A stretch of 64,000 nt of DNA from an uncultured archaeon (lineage in GTDB: Archaea; Aenigmatarchaeota; Aenigmatarchaeia; QMZP01). The notes beneath the pieces were generated by a model, which saw only the letters and a program-made list of their open reading frames with translations, was not told the DNA's origin and did no database searches. The DNA lies in NCBI GenBank assembly GCA_964555875.1, contig CAZKUD010000004.1, positions 3,580 through 67,579 on the forward strand. Reading direction: 5' to 3'. Every line of letters starts with the position of its first letter. Within the stretch, counting starts at the first letter, position 1. The translations under genes and the position numbers were made by a program. Below, one piece after another: positions 28,671-38,248 of this stretch.

Positions 28671-30103
28671 TTCGCCCTGTAAACGACCACCGCCTCGGGC
28701 TCGCCCCACTGCCCCCAGGACTTCACCTTCTCGAACTCCCTGTCGAAGTACGCTATCGTCCTGGCAGGGTTCATGAGCTCGAACTTGTATGAGAGCACGT
28801 AGGTTATGTTGTGCTTCTCCAGCAGCGGCAGGACAGCAGTAGCCTCCCATGTCCTGGCTATTATCTGGGCCTGGCACGCCTCCCAGGCATCGTTGACGAT
28901 GTAGTTCTCGCAGTACGGCACGGCCTTCCTGCCCACCAGGTACACGTAAGGGTAGGACTGCGTAAGTACGCTCTCTCCGGGCCCTGTCTTTCCCTCCAGG
29001 AAAAGGGCCGCCTGGTAGAGCCCTGACGCAGAGTCCCTGTCCTCCCATGCCATGGACAGGCCGTATGCTAGGCTGGTGACAGAGAGCACGCATACGGCAG
29101 CCACCGCCAGCTTCTTCCAACGGCCGTTCAGCATGGCCTCCCTTGCGCCCAGGCCGGCAAGCAGGGCATATGCGGGGAAGAACGAGAGCAGGTACCTGGG
29201 CTCCTTATGGCCGGACCCCAGGAAGAATGCCAGTGATATTACCAGTACCAGGACCGAAACCATCAGGGCAGGGTTCCTCCTCCTGCGCTTTGAGTGCAGG
29301 ACGAAAAGCCCGAATGCCAGGAAGACCCAGGCGTAGTTGAGGGACGAAGCAAGCATATGGAGGCCCTCCAGAAGGGTCTGTGCGAACGAGAAGGTCCAGA
29401 TGTTGAAGTTGGTTACGAAGGCCCCCACAGGGTTCCCGTAATAGGCCTGGCCTATCCAGAACCAGGGGATTAGCGACAGGATGAACCCTGACAGCAGGGC
29501 GGCGAGGGGCCTGAATTCAGGCATCCTCTTCCTGGCAAGGGGAGAAAGGAAGTAGACGATGTAGGCGAGCACCAGGACGTAAGCCAGGTACCTCGTCATG
29601 AAAGCTGCCCCTGCAAGGGCCCCGCAGAGGAACAGGTCCTTCTTGTCCCTGCCCCTGGACCAACTGGAGAACATAATCATCGAATGGGAGAACAGGACAA
29701 TGAATATGGGCTCTGACATTATCTTGGAGCTGAAGAAGACGAACAGGTGGGACGTGGCTGTGAAGGCAGCGGCAAACAGGGCCCCGGTTTCCCCCAGGGC
29801 GTCCCTCCCCAGCCTGTAGACGGCCAGCACTGAAAATATCGATATCAGCGCAACGAAGCACCTGGCATAATCGGCTGACCAGTAAAAGGATGATATCACC
29901 AGCGGCGTGACAGGGGGCCTGAAGCTCTCCAGGGGGACGCCGGGCTCAAGGGTGTACTGGTAGGATGAGAGGGCCCTTCCCAGCCCCAGGTAGACCGCCT
30001 CGTCCCACCAGAGCCCACCTGACTGGGATATGACGTAAAGCCTGCCTGCAAGCGATGCCAGCACCACGAGCGCCAGGAGCGCCCCCCACCGGGAAAGTTT
30101 CAT
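28652..30103 (-). CDS. GT-C membrane glycosyltransferase (GT39/ArnT-like)
   Basis: WWDEAVY, RPP, SEP, TRY, KEPRY motifs; many TM helices. Confidence 0.85.
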   Translation of the reverse strand: MKLSRWGALLALVVLASLAGRLYVISQSGGLWWDEAVYLGLGRALSSYQYTLEPGVPLESFRPPVTPLVISSFYWSADYARCFVALISIFSVLAVYRLGRDALGETGALFAAAFTATSHLFVFFSSKIMSEPIFIVLFSHSMIMFSSWSRGRDKKDLFLCGALAGAAFMTRYLAYVLVLAYIVYFLSPLARKRMPEFRPLAALLSGFILSLIPWFWIGQAYYGNPVGAFVTNFNIWTFSFAQTLLEGLHMLASSLNYAWVFLAFGLFVLHSKRRRRNPALMVSVLVLVISLAFFLGSGHKEPRYLLSFFPAYALLAGLGAREAMLNGRWKKLAVAAVCVLSVTSLAYGLSMAWEDRDSASGLYQAALFLEGKTGPGESVLTQSYPYVYLVGRKAVPYCENYIVNDAWEACQAQIIARTWEATAVLPLLEKHNITYVLSYKFELMNPARTIAYFDREFEKVKSWGQWGEPEAVVVYRANQTGSR

Positions 30104-30134
30104 GTATTTATTTTCTCCTGCCGAAATAATAAGC

Positions 30135-31376
30135 ATGCTATGGACTACTATCCTTAACTATCTCGCCTGGTACATATTCGTGTTCCTGGGCGTGATGTGG
30201 ATACTGGTGCTCTTCCAGAACAAGGGGAAGGTCAAGGGGAAGGTGCCCAGCCCCTCCAGGCTGCCTCCGGTCTCGGTCATACTGCCTGCGTACAACGAGG
30301 AGAAGACCCTCGCCAAGAGCATAAGGTCGATACTCAGCCTGGACTACCCCAGGAGGCTCCTGGACATAATAGTCGTCAATGACTGCTCCACTGACAGGAC
30401 CGGGGAGATTGCCGAGTCCTTCAGGAAGGAGGGCGTGAGGGTGCTCCACAACAAGAGGAACGTGGGCAAGGCGGCCGGCCTGAACAGGGGGATAGCGGCC
30501 GCCAAGCACGAGCTGATAGCGACAGTGGACGCGGACTCCATAGTGGAGCCGCCCATCATAAGGAAGATGGTCGGCTACTTCAGCGACCCGGGGGTCGCCT
30601 CGGTCACCCCTGCCCTGAAGGTCTGGAAGCACGGGGGCATGCTGGAGAAGATGCAGCACGCGGAGTACCTGCTGAACGTGTTCCTGAGGAAGATACTCTC
30701 CTTCCTGGACTCCATACACGTGACCCCCGGGGTGTTCTCCATGTACAGGAAGAGTGTGCTGAAGGAGATAGGGGGCTTCGATGAGGGCAACCTGACAGAG
30801 GACCTGGAGGTGGCCCTCAACATACACAGGCACGGGTACAGGATAGAGAACAACCTGGACGCCTGCTCTTACACGCTCTGCCCGAGGAAATGGAGGCAGC
30901 TGTTCAGGCAGAGGATTAGGTGGTACAGGGGCGCGATACAGAACACCATCAAGCACCGTCATCTGTTTTTCAACCCCAGGTTCGGGAACCTCGGGATGTT
31001 CTTCCTTCCGGCGAACATAATCTCTGTGGTGGCGATAATAGCGCTGTTCTTCGTCATGGCCTGGAACTGGATGAGCACGACTGCCGACTATGTCTGGAAG
31101 ATGTCGATGATAAACTGGGACTTCTCGGTGTACATGGGCTCATTGGACCTGATGTCCATGTTCTCGAATGCGATTTCCACGCCCATGCTCTTCGCCCTCA
31201 TCGGGCTGGTCCTGGGTGGCTACGTCCTGTACGTGAGCTTCAAGGTGTGCGACTCCAGGGTCAGGCACAACAAGCTGGGCTACCTGCTCTACCTGGTCCT
31301 GTTCCCGATGGTCATGATGGCCTTCTGGACGCTCGCCTTCCTGTACGAGGTCGTCGGCGCGAAGAAGAACTGGTGA
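30135..31376 (+). CDS. GT2 processive glycosyltransferase
   Basis: PAYNEE, VNDCSTD, GKAAGLN, DAD, TED, QRIRW; C-terminal TM helices. Confidence 0.92.
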   Translation: MLWTTILNYLAWYIFVFLGVMWILVLFQNKGKVKGKVPSPSRLPPVSVILPAYNEEKTLAKSIRSILSLDYPRRLLDIIVVNDCSTDRTGEIAESFRKEGVRVLHNKRNVGKAAGLNRGIAAAKHELIATVDADSIVEPPIIRKMVGYFSDPGVASVTPALKVWKHGGMLEKMQHAEYLLNVFLRKILSFLDSIHVTPGVFSMYRKSVLKEIGGFDEGNLTEDLEVALNIHRHGYRIENNLDACSYTLCPRKWRQLFRQRIRWYRGAIQNTIKHRHLFFNPRFGNLGMFFLPANIISVVAIIALFFVMAWNWMSTTADYVWKMSMINWDFSVYMGSLDLMSMFSNAISTPMLFALIGLVLGGYVLYVSFKVCDSRVRHNKLGYLLYLVLFPMVMMAFWTLAFLYEVVGAKKNW

Positions 31377-31425
31377 GGCCTTTGCGGGCTTCGCCCCCCA
31401 CTTCGCAAAAAAGGTTTCAAACAAA
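31374..31425 (-). repeat. intergenic hairpin element (loosely related)
   Basis: Minus strand TTTG-TTTGAAACCTTTTTTGCG...GGGC-GAA-GCCC-GCAAAGGCCTCA imperfect palindrome. Confidence 0.4.
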
Positions 31426-31458
31426 CAACTTTTTATTCCGGGGAGACAATCTTAATCT

Positions 31459-32124
31459 ATGGCCAGGAAGCAGCTGAACGCAGGCACCATAATATCAGCC
31501 CTGATAATATCGGCGGTCATATTCTGCGGAGGCATGATGCTGGGATTCAGCATCAACAAGGAGAGGCTCGTCACCATAGAGGATGAGATGAGGGAGGTAA
31601 CCAGGCACGTGCAGAACTTCCAGCTCCAGTTCCTGTTCTTCGACGTCCTGGGAGACAGCGCGACCTGCCCCCTCCTGGGCGCGACCCTGGCTGACATAAA
31701 CAAGGCCTCATACGAGATAGGGGCCAAGCTCACCACACAGGGTGAGGAGGGCCAGGTGCAGGACTATGACACTTACGTGAGCCTGAAGAACGAATACTCC
31801 AGGCTGCTCGTGAGCTACTGGCTGCTGACACAGAAGCTCCAGGAGACGTGCGAGATGGACGCCAAGACCGTCATATACTTCTACAGGAAGGAGTGCGCAA
31901 GGTGCGACGACCAGGGGTTCATACTGACTTACCTCAAGAAGAAGTACGGGGAAAGGCTGCTGATATTCGCCCTGGACGCGGACCTGAGCGACGCGTCGGT
32001 GCAGACCCTGGTCAACTACTACAATGTGGAGGAGTACCCTGCCCTCATAATAGACGGGGAGCTGCATGAGGGCTTCCTTTCAGAGGCGCAGATGAAGGGC
32101 ATGATGGGGCTCAACGGGCTGTGA
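31459..32124 (+). CDS. membrane-anchored thioredoxin-fold protein
   Basis: N-terminal TM helix, YFY...CARC (CxxC), cis-Pro YPAL. Confidence 0.75.
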   Translation: MARKQLNAGTIISALIISAVIFCGGMMLGFSINKERLVTIEDEMREVTRHVQNFQLQFLFFDVLGDSATCPLLGATLADINKASYEIGAKLTTQGEEGQVQDYDTYVSLKNEYSRLLVSYWLLTQKLQETCEMDAKTVIYFYRKECARCDDQGFILTYLKKKYGERLLIFALDADLSDASVQTLVNYYNVEEYPALIIDGELHEGFLSEAQMKGMMGLNGL

Positions 32125-32126
32125 TT

Positions 32127-32534
32127 ATGAGGCATTTTTTGGGCAGGCACAAGGGGCGCTTCACCAGGTTCTGCGTGGTGGGCCTTTCAGGCGTGCTGGT
32201 CAACGAAGGGCTGCTCTGGCTGTTCACGGACATGCTGGGCATATTCTTCCTGCTGTCCTCCCTTGTGGCGATAGAGATATCCATCCTTACCAACTTCACC
32301 CTCAACGAGCTCTGGACATTCAGGGACATGAGGGGCGGGCGGGAGGTCTACACCAGGATGTACCTCTACAACCTGGTCGCCCTGGGCGGGCTGGTGATAA
32401 ACCTCTTTGTTTTGTACGCCCTCACCACCACAGGCATGCACTACCTGATAGCCAACCTGTTCGGCATAGCCGCGGCTGTCCTCTGGAACTACTTCGTGAA
32501 CTACAGGTGGACCTGGCTGGGGGAAAACACTTAA
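32127..32534 (+). CDS. GtrA family membrane protein
   Basis: RFCVVGLSG.LVN, NF.LNE.WTF, WNY.VN..WTW. Confidence 0.9.
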   Translation: MRHFLGRHKGRFTRFCVVGLSGVLVNEGLLWLFTDMLGIFFLLSSLVAIEISILTNFTLNELWTFRDMRGGREVYTRMYLYNLVALGGLVINLFVLYALTTTGMHYLIANLFGIAAAVLWNYFVNYRWTWLGENT

Positions 32535-32556
32535 GACCGACTTCTTAAGATAAAGC

Positions 32557-32883
32557 ATGGCCAAACTGAAGCTAGCTGCGGTGTTCAACAATGAGGAAGA
32601 GAACTACTTCAAGATAAAGGTAGCGGACAGCAGGAGCAAGAAATACATAATGAGCCTTAACAAGTTCCTGGAAGACCTCGGCATAAAGAGCTACCTGGGA
32701 AAGCAGTGCGATGAATGCAGCGAGAAGCACAAGGACTGGGTGGGCATGCACCAGTTCTTCAGGAGCATGAAGCATGTCGTGCACATAGTGTGGGGGGAGA
32801 AGTTCATAGCAGTATTGGTCAAGTGCGCCCCGAAGGACAGACAGGCTATGGTGGACACTCTGGAAAAGCACTTCGACTTCTGA
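32557..32883 (+). CDS. hypothetical protein
   Basis: 108 aa, host-like codon usage. Confidence 0.6.
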   Translation: MAKLKLAAVFNNEEENYFKIKVADSRSKKYIMSLNKFLEDLGIKSYLGKQCDECSEKHKDWVGMHQFFRSMKHVVHIVWGEKFIAVLVKCAPKDRQAMVDTLEKHFDF

Positions 32884-32922
32884 GCAAACTTTAAATTGAA
32901 CGGAGTGCAACGTTTCTAATAG

Positions 32923-35067
32923 GTGGTTGGGATAGCCGGTAAGTTTTACATCACGACAGCCATTGACTACGTCAATGCGAAGCCGCACCTTGGGCATGCG
33001 TACGAGAAGCTGGCAGCTGACACGATAGCCAGGTGGCACAGGCTTAAGGGGGAGGACGTGCTCTTCCTGACAGGGACAGACGAGAACGCCCAGAAGAACG
33101 TGCAGGCTGCAGAGAAGGCAGGCAAGCCTGTCAAGGAGTTCATAGACGATGTCGTGAAGAACTTCCTGAACCTGTGCAGGGTGTACAACATCTCATATGA
33201 CGATTTCATCAGGACCACAGAGGACAGGCACCACCAGGTGACCAGGTCCCTCTTCCAGAAGATGCACGACAGCGGGGACATCTACAGGGGGCATTATGAG
33301 GGCATATACTGCTACGGCTGCGAGGCCTTCTACCTGGAGAAGGACCTGAAGGGCGGATGCTGCCCTGTGCATAAGACCAAGCCTGTGGTCATAAAGGAGG
33401 AGGCGTACTTCTTCAAGCTGAGCAAGTACGAGAAGAGGCTGCTGGACTTCTACAGGAAGCTGCCTGACAACGTGCTTCCGAAGAGCAGGAAGAACGAGAT
33501 GCTGAACAGGATAGGAGAGGGCCTGAGGGACCTCTGCGTGAGCAGGCAGAAGGTGGAATGGGGGGTGAAGGTGCCTTTCGATGAGAACCACAGGGTGTAC
33601 GTCTGGTTCGATGCCCTCATCAACTACATATCAGCACTGGGGTGGCCTAAAGGGGAGAGGTTCAGGAAGTACTGGCCGGCTGACATACACATGATAGGCA
33701 CCGATATCAACTGGTTCCATTCCGTCATATGGCCCGCCATGCTGATGTCGGCGGGGATAGAGCCCCCTAAAACAGTGTTCGTGCACGGCATGATTACGTC
33801 AGAAGGCGAGAAGCTAAGCAAGACCAGGGGCATAATAGTGGACCCATTCGACCTGGTCGAAAGGTATGGGCTGGACCAGGTGCGTTACTTCCTCCTAAGG
33901 GCAGGCCCGTTCGGCGAGGAGATAGACTACACTGAAGAGGCGATAGTGGGCAGGATAAACGGCGAGCTTGTGGCCGACTTGGGCAACCTACTGAACAGGG
34001 CCGTGACACTGGCAGAGAAATACAAGGGAGAGATAAAGGGCAAGCCTGAGCTGGACAGCGGCCTGGGACTTGAGAAGCTCTCCCTCCACATGGACAGGCT
34101 CGAGCTGCACCATGCGCTGGAGGAGCTCTGGAGGTACATGGGCATCTGCAACAAGTACATCAACGACAGGGAGCCCTGGAAGCTGGAAGGGGATGAGCTC
34201 TCGAACGTGCTCTACAACCTGCTCGAGGCCCTGAGATGCATAGCGATTCTCATAACCCCCTTCATGCCAGGGACAGCCGGGAAGATGAACGAACAGCTTG
34301 GGGTGAAGCCGGGCAAGCTGGCTGACTGCAAGTTTGGGCCCTGGGAGGGCAGTGTCAGGAAGGGCGGGCACCTGTTCGAGAAGGTCGAGTTCAAGAAGAA
34401 GGAAGGGAAGGCGAAGGAGATATCGGTCAACGTCACCCCTGAGGCCCAGAAGCTCGGGATAAAGGTCAGGGCAGCCGTAATAACGGGCGTGAAGGTGAAG
34501 AGGAAGCAGTCAAGCCTGGAGAAGCTCAAGAAGGACGAGGTGGGGCTGACAGACCTGGACGCCATAGGGAAATCCAAGGAGATCGAGGGCTACAGGCTGC
34601 TTTACGAGAAGGTCGGGGCCAAGGTGGAGAATCCGGTTGCCCACCTTGCCGGCATAGTCAAGAAGGCAGGCAAGCTGCCCACCATCAACACTGTGGTCGA
34701 TTCCTATAATATAGTGGCCCTCAGGAAGCGCCTGTCAGTGGGTGCCCATGACCTGGACAGGATACAGGGCAACGTCAATTTCAAGATAACCGACGGCAAG
34801 GAGTCCTGGACTCCCCTGGGGGAGGACAGGCCAAAGGCTGTCCCGGAAGGCGAGTATGCCTGCGTGGACCAGGCCAAGGTGCTGTGCAGGATGGACATCA
34901 AGCAGGGAGACCAGACCAAGATAACCGACAGGACGAAGAACATATTTGTCTATGTCCAGGGCAACCCCAACACGCCTGACGACTATCTCAAGCAGGCCCT
35001 GGAGGAGATAATAACCAACATCACCCGGTTCTGCGGCGGGAAGGCCGTGATTTCTGAGCCTATATAA
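32923..35067 (+). CDS. metG: methionyl-tRNA synthetase with C-terminal B3/4 domain
   Basis: YITTAIDYVNAKPHLGH, TGTDE, CYGC..CPVH knuckle, YVWFDALINY, KLSKT; C-terminal LPTINTVVDSYN...GAHDLD B3/4 signature. Confidence 0.93.
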   Translation: MVGIAGKFYITTAIDYVNAKPHLGHAYEKLAADTIARWHRLKGEDVLFLTGTDENAQKNVQAAEKAGKPVKEFIDDVVKNFLNLCRVYNISYDDFIRTTEDRHHQVTRSLFQKMHDSGDIYRGHYEGIYCYGCEAFYLEKDLKGGCCPVHKTKPVVIKEEAYFFKLSKYEKRLLDFYRKLPDNVLPKSRKNEMLNRIGEGLRDLCVSRQKVEWGVKVPFDENHRVYVWFDALINYISALGWPKGERFRKYWPADIHMIGTDINWFHSVIWPAMLMSAGIEPPKTVFVHGMITSEGEKLSKTRGIIVDPFDLVERYGLDQVRYFLLRAGPFGEEIDYTEEAIVGRINGELVADLGNLLNRAVTLAEKYKGEIKGKPELDSGLGLEKLSLHMDRLELHHALEELWRYMGICNKYINDREPWKLEGDELSNVLYNLLEALRCIAILITPFMPGTAGKMNEQLGVKPGKLADCKFGPWEGSVRKGGHLFEKVEFKKKEGKAKEISVNVTPEAQKLGIKVRAAVITGVKVKRKQSSLEKLKKDEVGLTDLDAIGKSKEIEGYRLLYEKVGAKVENPVAHLAGIVKKAGKLPTINTVVDSYNIVALRKRLSVGAHDLDRIQGNVNFKITDGKESWTPLGEDRPKAVPEGEYACVDQAKVLCRMDIKQGDQTKITDRTKNIFVYVQGNPNTPDDYLKQALEEIITNITRFCGGKAVISEPI

Positions 35068-35080
35068 GTATTTTGGTGAT

Positions 35081-35096
35081 TCAGTATATATTGTGT
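35081..35096. promoter_or_regulatory. NrdR-box-like operator 1
   Basis: TCAGTATATATTGTGT, 14/16 match to ACACWATATATWGTGT. Confidence 0.65.
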
Positions 35097-35176
35097 AGAA
35101 TATAGATTGGGAATACTATTTTGTAGGACACATACACTTATATAGGCGCTCAGACTAATTACATATTGCGCTTGTC

Positions 35177-35192
35177 ATACTATATATTGTGT
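35177..35192. promoter_or_regulatory. NrdR-box-like operator 2
   Basis: ATACTATATATTGTGT, 15/16 match; lies ~30 bp downstream of TATA-like TTATATAG (35138-35145). Confidence 0.75.
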
Positions 35193-35269
35193 GCCAGACA
35201 CGAGAAATACACAATTTCCTTGTATTTCCGTGTTACTGGCCAGTGACAAAGGCATGGGAGGGAGATGAT

Positions 35270-37525
35270 ATGAAGTGTCCATTTTGCGGAAAAGAGGAAA
35301 CCAAGGTCCTTGACAAGAGGGAATCAGGGGTATCCAACAGGCGGAGAAGGGAGTGCCTGAGCTGCAAGAAGAGGTTCACCACTTACGAGAAGATAGGCGG
35401 CCTTCTGACAAAGGTCCGCAAGAGGGACGGAAAGGAAATAGATTTCAGCCAGGACAGGATCACTGAAGCCATCTGGGCATCTGCCAGGGAGGTAGGAGGC
35501 AAGGACAAGGAGCTCGCCAAGAAGCTGTCCGACAGGGTGGTGCAGGTCCTGGAGGAGAAGTTCGGCGGCTACACTGTGCCGACTGTCGAGCAGATACAGG
35601 ATCTTGTGGAGAAGGTGCTGGTCGAGGGCGGGCACTACGAGACAGCCAAGGCCTACATACTGTACAGGAAGAACAGGGAGAAGCTGAGGGAGGCCAAGTC
35701 CACGATGGTGGACGTCGAGAACACCATAAGCTCATACCTGGACAGGAGGGACTGGAGGGTCAAGGAGAACAGCAACGAGGCCTTCTCGTTTTCCGGCCTC
35801 CTGCTCTACACTGCAGGCAAGGTGATGGCCAACTACAACCTGAACGAGATATACACGCCGGCCATAGCCGAGGCGCACAGGAAGGGCTACATGCACGTGC
35901 ACGACCTCTCCCACGGGGTCATAGGCTACTGCTGCGGTCATTCGCTCAAGAACCTGCTCCTTACAGGGTTCGGGGGCGTGCCCAACAAGGTGGACGCCAA
36001 GCCAGCCAAGCACCTGGACGTGGTGGTGCACCACATGATAAACTACATAGGCTGCCTGCAGATGGAGTTCGCAGGCGCGCAGGCTTTCAACTCCGTGGAC
36101 ACCCTGCTCGCGCCCTTCGTGAAGGAGGACAGCCTGACATACAAGCAGGTCAAGCAGAACATGCAGAAGCTCGTCTTCTCGCTGAACGTGCCCTCCAGGT
36201 GGGGGTCACAGTACCCGTTCTCCAACCTGACTTTCGACTGGGTGCCTCCAGAGGACCTCAAGGGCCAGAAGGCCATAGTCGGCGGGAAGGAACTGGATTA
36301 CAACTACGGCGACTGCCAGGCAGAGATGAACATGATAAACAGGGCCTTCATAGAGGTCATGCTCGAGGGAGACGCGAACGGGAGGATATTCACCTTCCCC
36401 ATACCGACCTACAACATAACCAGGGACTTCGACTGGGACTCTGAGAACGCCAAGCTGCTCTTCGAGCTCACGGCCAAGTACGGGACACCCTACTTCCAGA
36501 ACTATGTGGGCTCCAACCTGAACCCAAATTCGGTCAGGGCCATGTGCTGCAGGCTGAACATGGACCTGACGCAGCTAATGAACAGGCCGGGAGGCATGTG
36601 GTCGATGGGCGACAGCACAGGCTCCATAGGCGTGGTCACCATAAACCTTAACAGGCTTGCGTACGAGGCCAAGGACAAGGACGAGTTCCTAGAGAAGATA
36701 AAGCACTACATGATGCTTGCGAAGACGTCCCTGGAGACCAAGAGGAGGGTGGTGGAGAACAACATGAGGAACGGCCTGATGCCCTATACCAAGAGGTACT
36801 TGGGCACATTCAAGAACCACTTCTCAACCATCGGCCTGTGCGGCATGAACGAGGCCTGCCTCAACCTGATAGGAAAGGACATAAGCTCGCCCGAAGGGAA
36901 GGAGCTCACGATAGACACCCTCAAGTTCATGAGGGAGAAGACGAGGGAGTTCCAGACAGAGACAGGAAGCCTCTACAACCTGGAGGCGACCCCTGCCGAA
37001 TCGACCGCATACAGGTTCGCCAGGCTGGACAAGAAGATGTACCCTGACATAAAGGTGTCCGGCACCGAGGAGACGCCGTACCTCACCAACTCGACGTACC
37101 TGCCTGTCGGGCACACAGACGACGTGGTGCAGGCGCTGGAGCACCAGAACGACATACAGCCATTGTACACTGGAGGGACGATGTTCCATACGTTCCTTGG
37201 GGAGAAGGTCTCCAGCGGGGAGTCGGCCAAGATGCTGGTCAAGAAGATAGCGGTGAACACCAGGCTGCCGTACTTCTCGATAACCCCGACCTTCAGCATA
37301 TGCCCGACCCACGGTTACGTGAGGGGCGAGCATTTCAAGTGCCCACAGCCGAACGGCGGCTCAGAGCCCTGCGGGAAGAACTGCGAGGTGTTCTCCAGGG
37401 TGGTCGGTTACTTCAGGCCAATCCAGAACTGGAACGACGGAAAGCAGCAGGAGTTCAAGGAGAGGCTGGAATACCAGGAGAACAAGGCCTTCTCGAGGGA
37501 CTTCTCCTTCACTAAGGCCACATAG
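35270..37525 (+). CDS. nrdD: anaerobic (class III) ribonucleoside-triphosphate reductase with N-terminal NrdR Zn-ribbon and ATP-cone
   Basis: GGAGGGAG SD; MKCPFC..RRRRECLSC.KRFTTYE, ATP-cone, HDL, FTFPIPT, AMCCRL, LEATPAES, glycyl-radical loop SRVVGYFRP. Confidence 0.95.
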   Translation: MKCPFCGKEETKVLDKRESGVSNRRRRECLSCKKRFTTYEKIGGLLTKVRKRDGKEIDFSQDRITEAIWASAREVGGKDKELAKKLSDRVVQVLEEKFGGYTVPTVEQIQDLVEKVLVEGGHYETAKAYILYRKNREKLREAKSTMVDVENTISSYLDRRDWRVKENSNEAFSFSGLLLYTAGKVMANYNLNEIYTPAIAEAHRKGYMHVHDLSHGVIGYCCGHSLKNLLLTGFGGVPNKVDAKPAKHLDVVVHHMINYIGCLQMEFAGAQAFNSVDTLLAPFVKEDSLTYKQVKQNMQKLVFSLNVPSRWGSQYPFSNLTFDWVPPEDLKGQKAIVGGKELDYNYGDCQAEMNMINRAFIEVMLEGDANGRIFTFPIPTYNITRDFDWDSENAKLLFELTAKYGTPYFQNYVGSNLNPNSVRAMCCRLNMDLTQLMNRPGGMWSMGDSTGSIGVVTINLNRLAYEAKDKDEFLEKIKHYMMLAKTSLETKRRVVENNMRNGLMPYTKRYLGTFKNHFSTIGLCGMNEACLNLIGKDISSPEGKELTIDTLKFMREKTREFQTETGSLYNLEATPAESTAYRFARLDKKMYPDIKVSGTEETPYLTNSTYLPVGHTDDVVQALEHQNDIQPLYTGGTMFHTFLGEKVSSGESAKMLVKKIAVNTRLPYFSITPTFSICPTHGYVRGEHFKCPQPNGGSEPCGKNCEVFSRVVGYFRPIQNWNDGKQQEFKERLEYQENKAFSRDFSFTKAT

Positions 37526-37555
37526 CACTTTTATTTTTTATTCACAATCATAATT

Positions 37556-38248
37556 ATGGACATCAAAGGCATACAGAAGACATCGATGATAGACTACCCC
37601 GGGAAGATGAGCGCCATCATATTCCTTCCCAAGTGCACGTTCAGGTGCGGCTTCTGCCACAACGTCGACCTGGTCACGGGCTGGGAGAAGCTGGACACAA
37701 TAGACGAGAGGGAGGCACTCAACTTCCTGAAGGACAGGAAGAAATGGCTTGACGGCATCGTCATTACCGGCGGGGAGCCGACCGTCCACAGGGACCTTCC
37801 GGATTTCATAAGGAAGGTCAAGGAGCTGGGATACCTGGTCAAGCTCGACACGAACGGCTCCAACCCCTACATGCTGGAGGACCTGATAAAGGAGGGGCTG
37901 ATAGACTACATAGCGATGGACATAAAGGGCCCGAAGGAACGCTATGACGAGATATGCAGGGTGAAGGTGAACATCAAGCTGATAGAGATGTCAGTCGAGC
38001 GGATACGGGAGTCCGGCCTGGATTATGAGTTCAGGACCACCGCCGTACCGGGGCTGATAACAGTGGAGGACATTGCCAAGATAGGGGAATGGATGAAGGG
38101 GTCCAGGCTCTATTGCATACAGCAGTTCAGGCCCATGAGGACGCTTGACGGCAGCCTGCAGAACAGCAGGCCTTACAAGCCCGAGGAACTCCAGAAGATG
38201 GCAGAGGTTGCGGGCCCTTTCTTTGATAAGGTGGAAATAAGGCAATGA
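37556..38248 (+). CDS. nrdG: anaerobic RNR activating enzyme (radical SAM)
   Basis: DYPG, CTFRCGFCHN, TGGEP, KLDTNG, YEFRTT. Confidence 0.95.
   Translation: MDIKGIQKTSMIDYPGKMSAIIFLPKCTFRCGFCHNVDLVTGWEKLDTIDEREALNFLKDRKKWLDGIVITGGEPTVHRDLPDFIRKVKELGYLVKLDTNGSNPYMLEDLIKEGLIDYIAMDIKGPKERYDEICRVKVNIKLIEMSVERIRESGLDYEFRTTAVPGLITVEDIAKIGEWMKGSRLYCIQQFRPMRTLDGSLQNSRPYKPEELQKMAEVAGPFFDKVEIRQ

Noticed and set aside
35189..35269. ORF-track start of nrdD at GTG 35189
   Set aside because: It overlaps the operator; ATG 35270 has an SD and matches the canonical NrdR start MKCPFC
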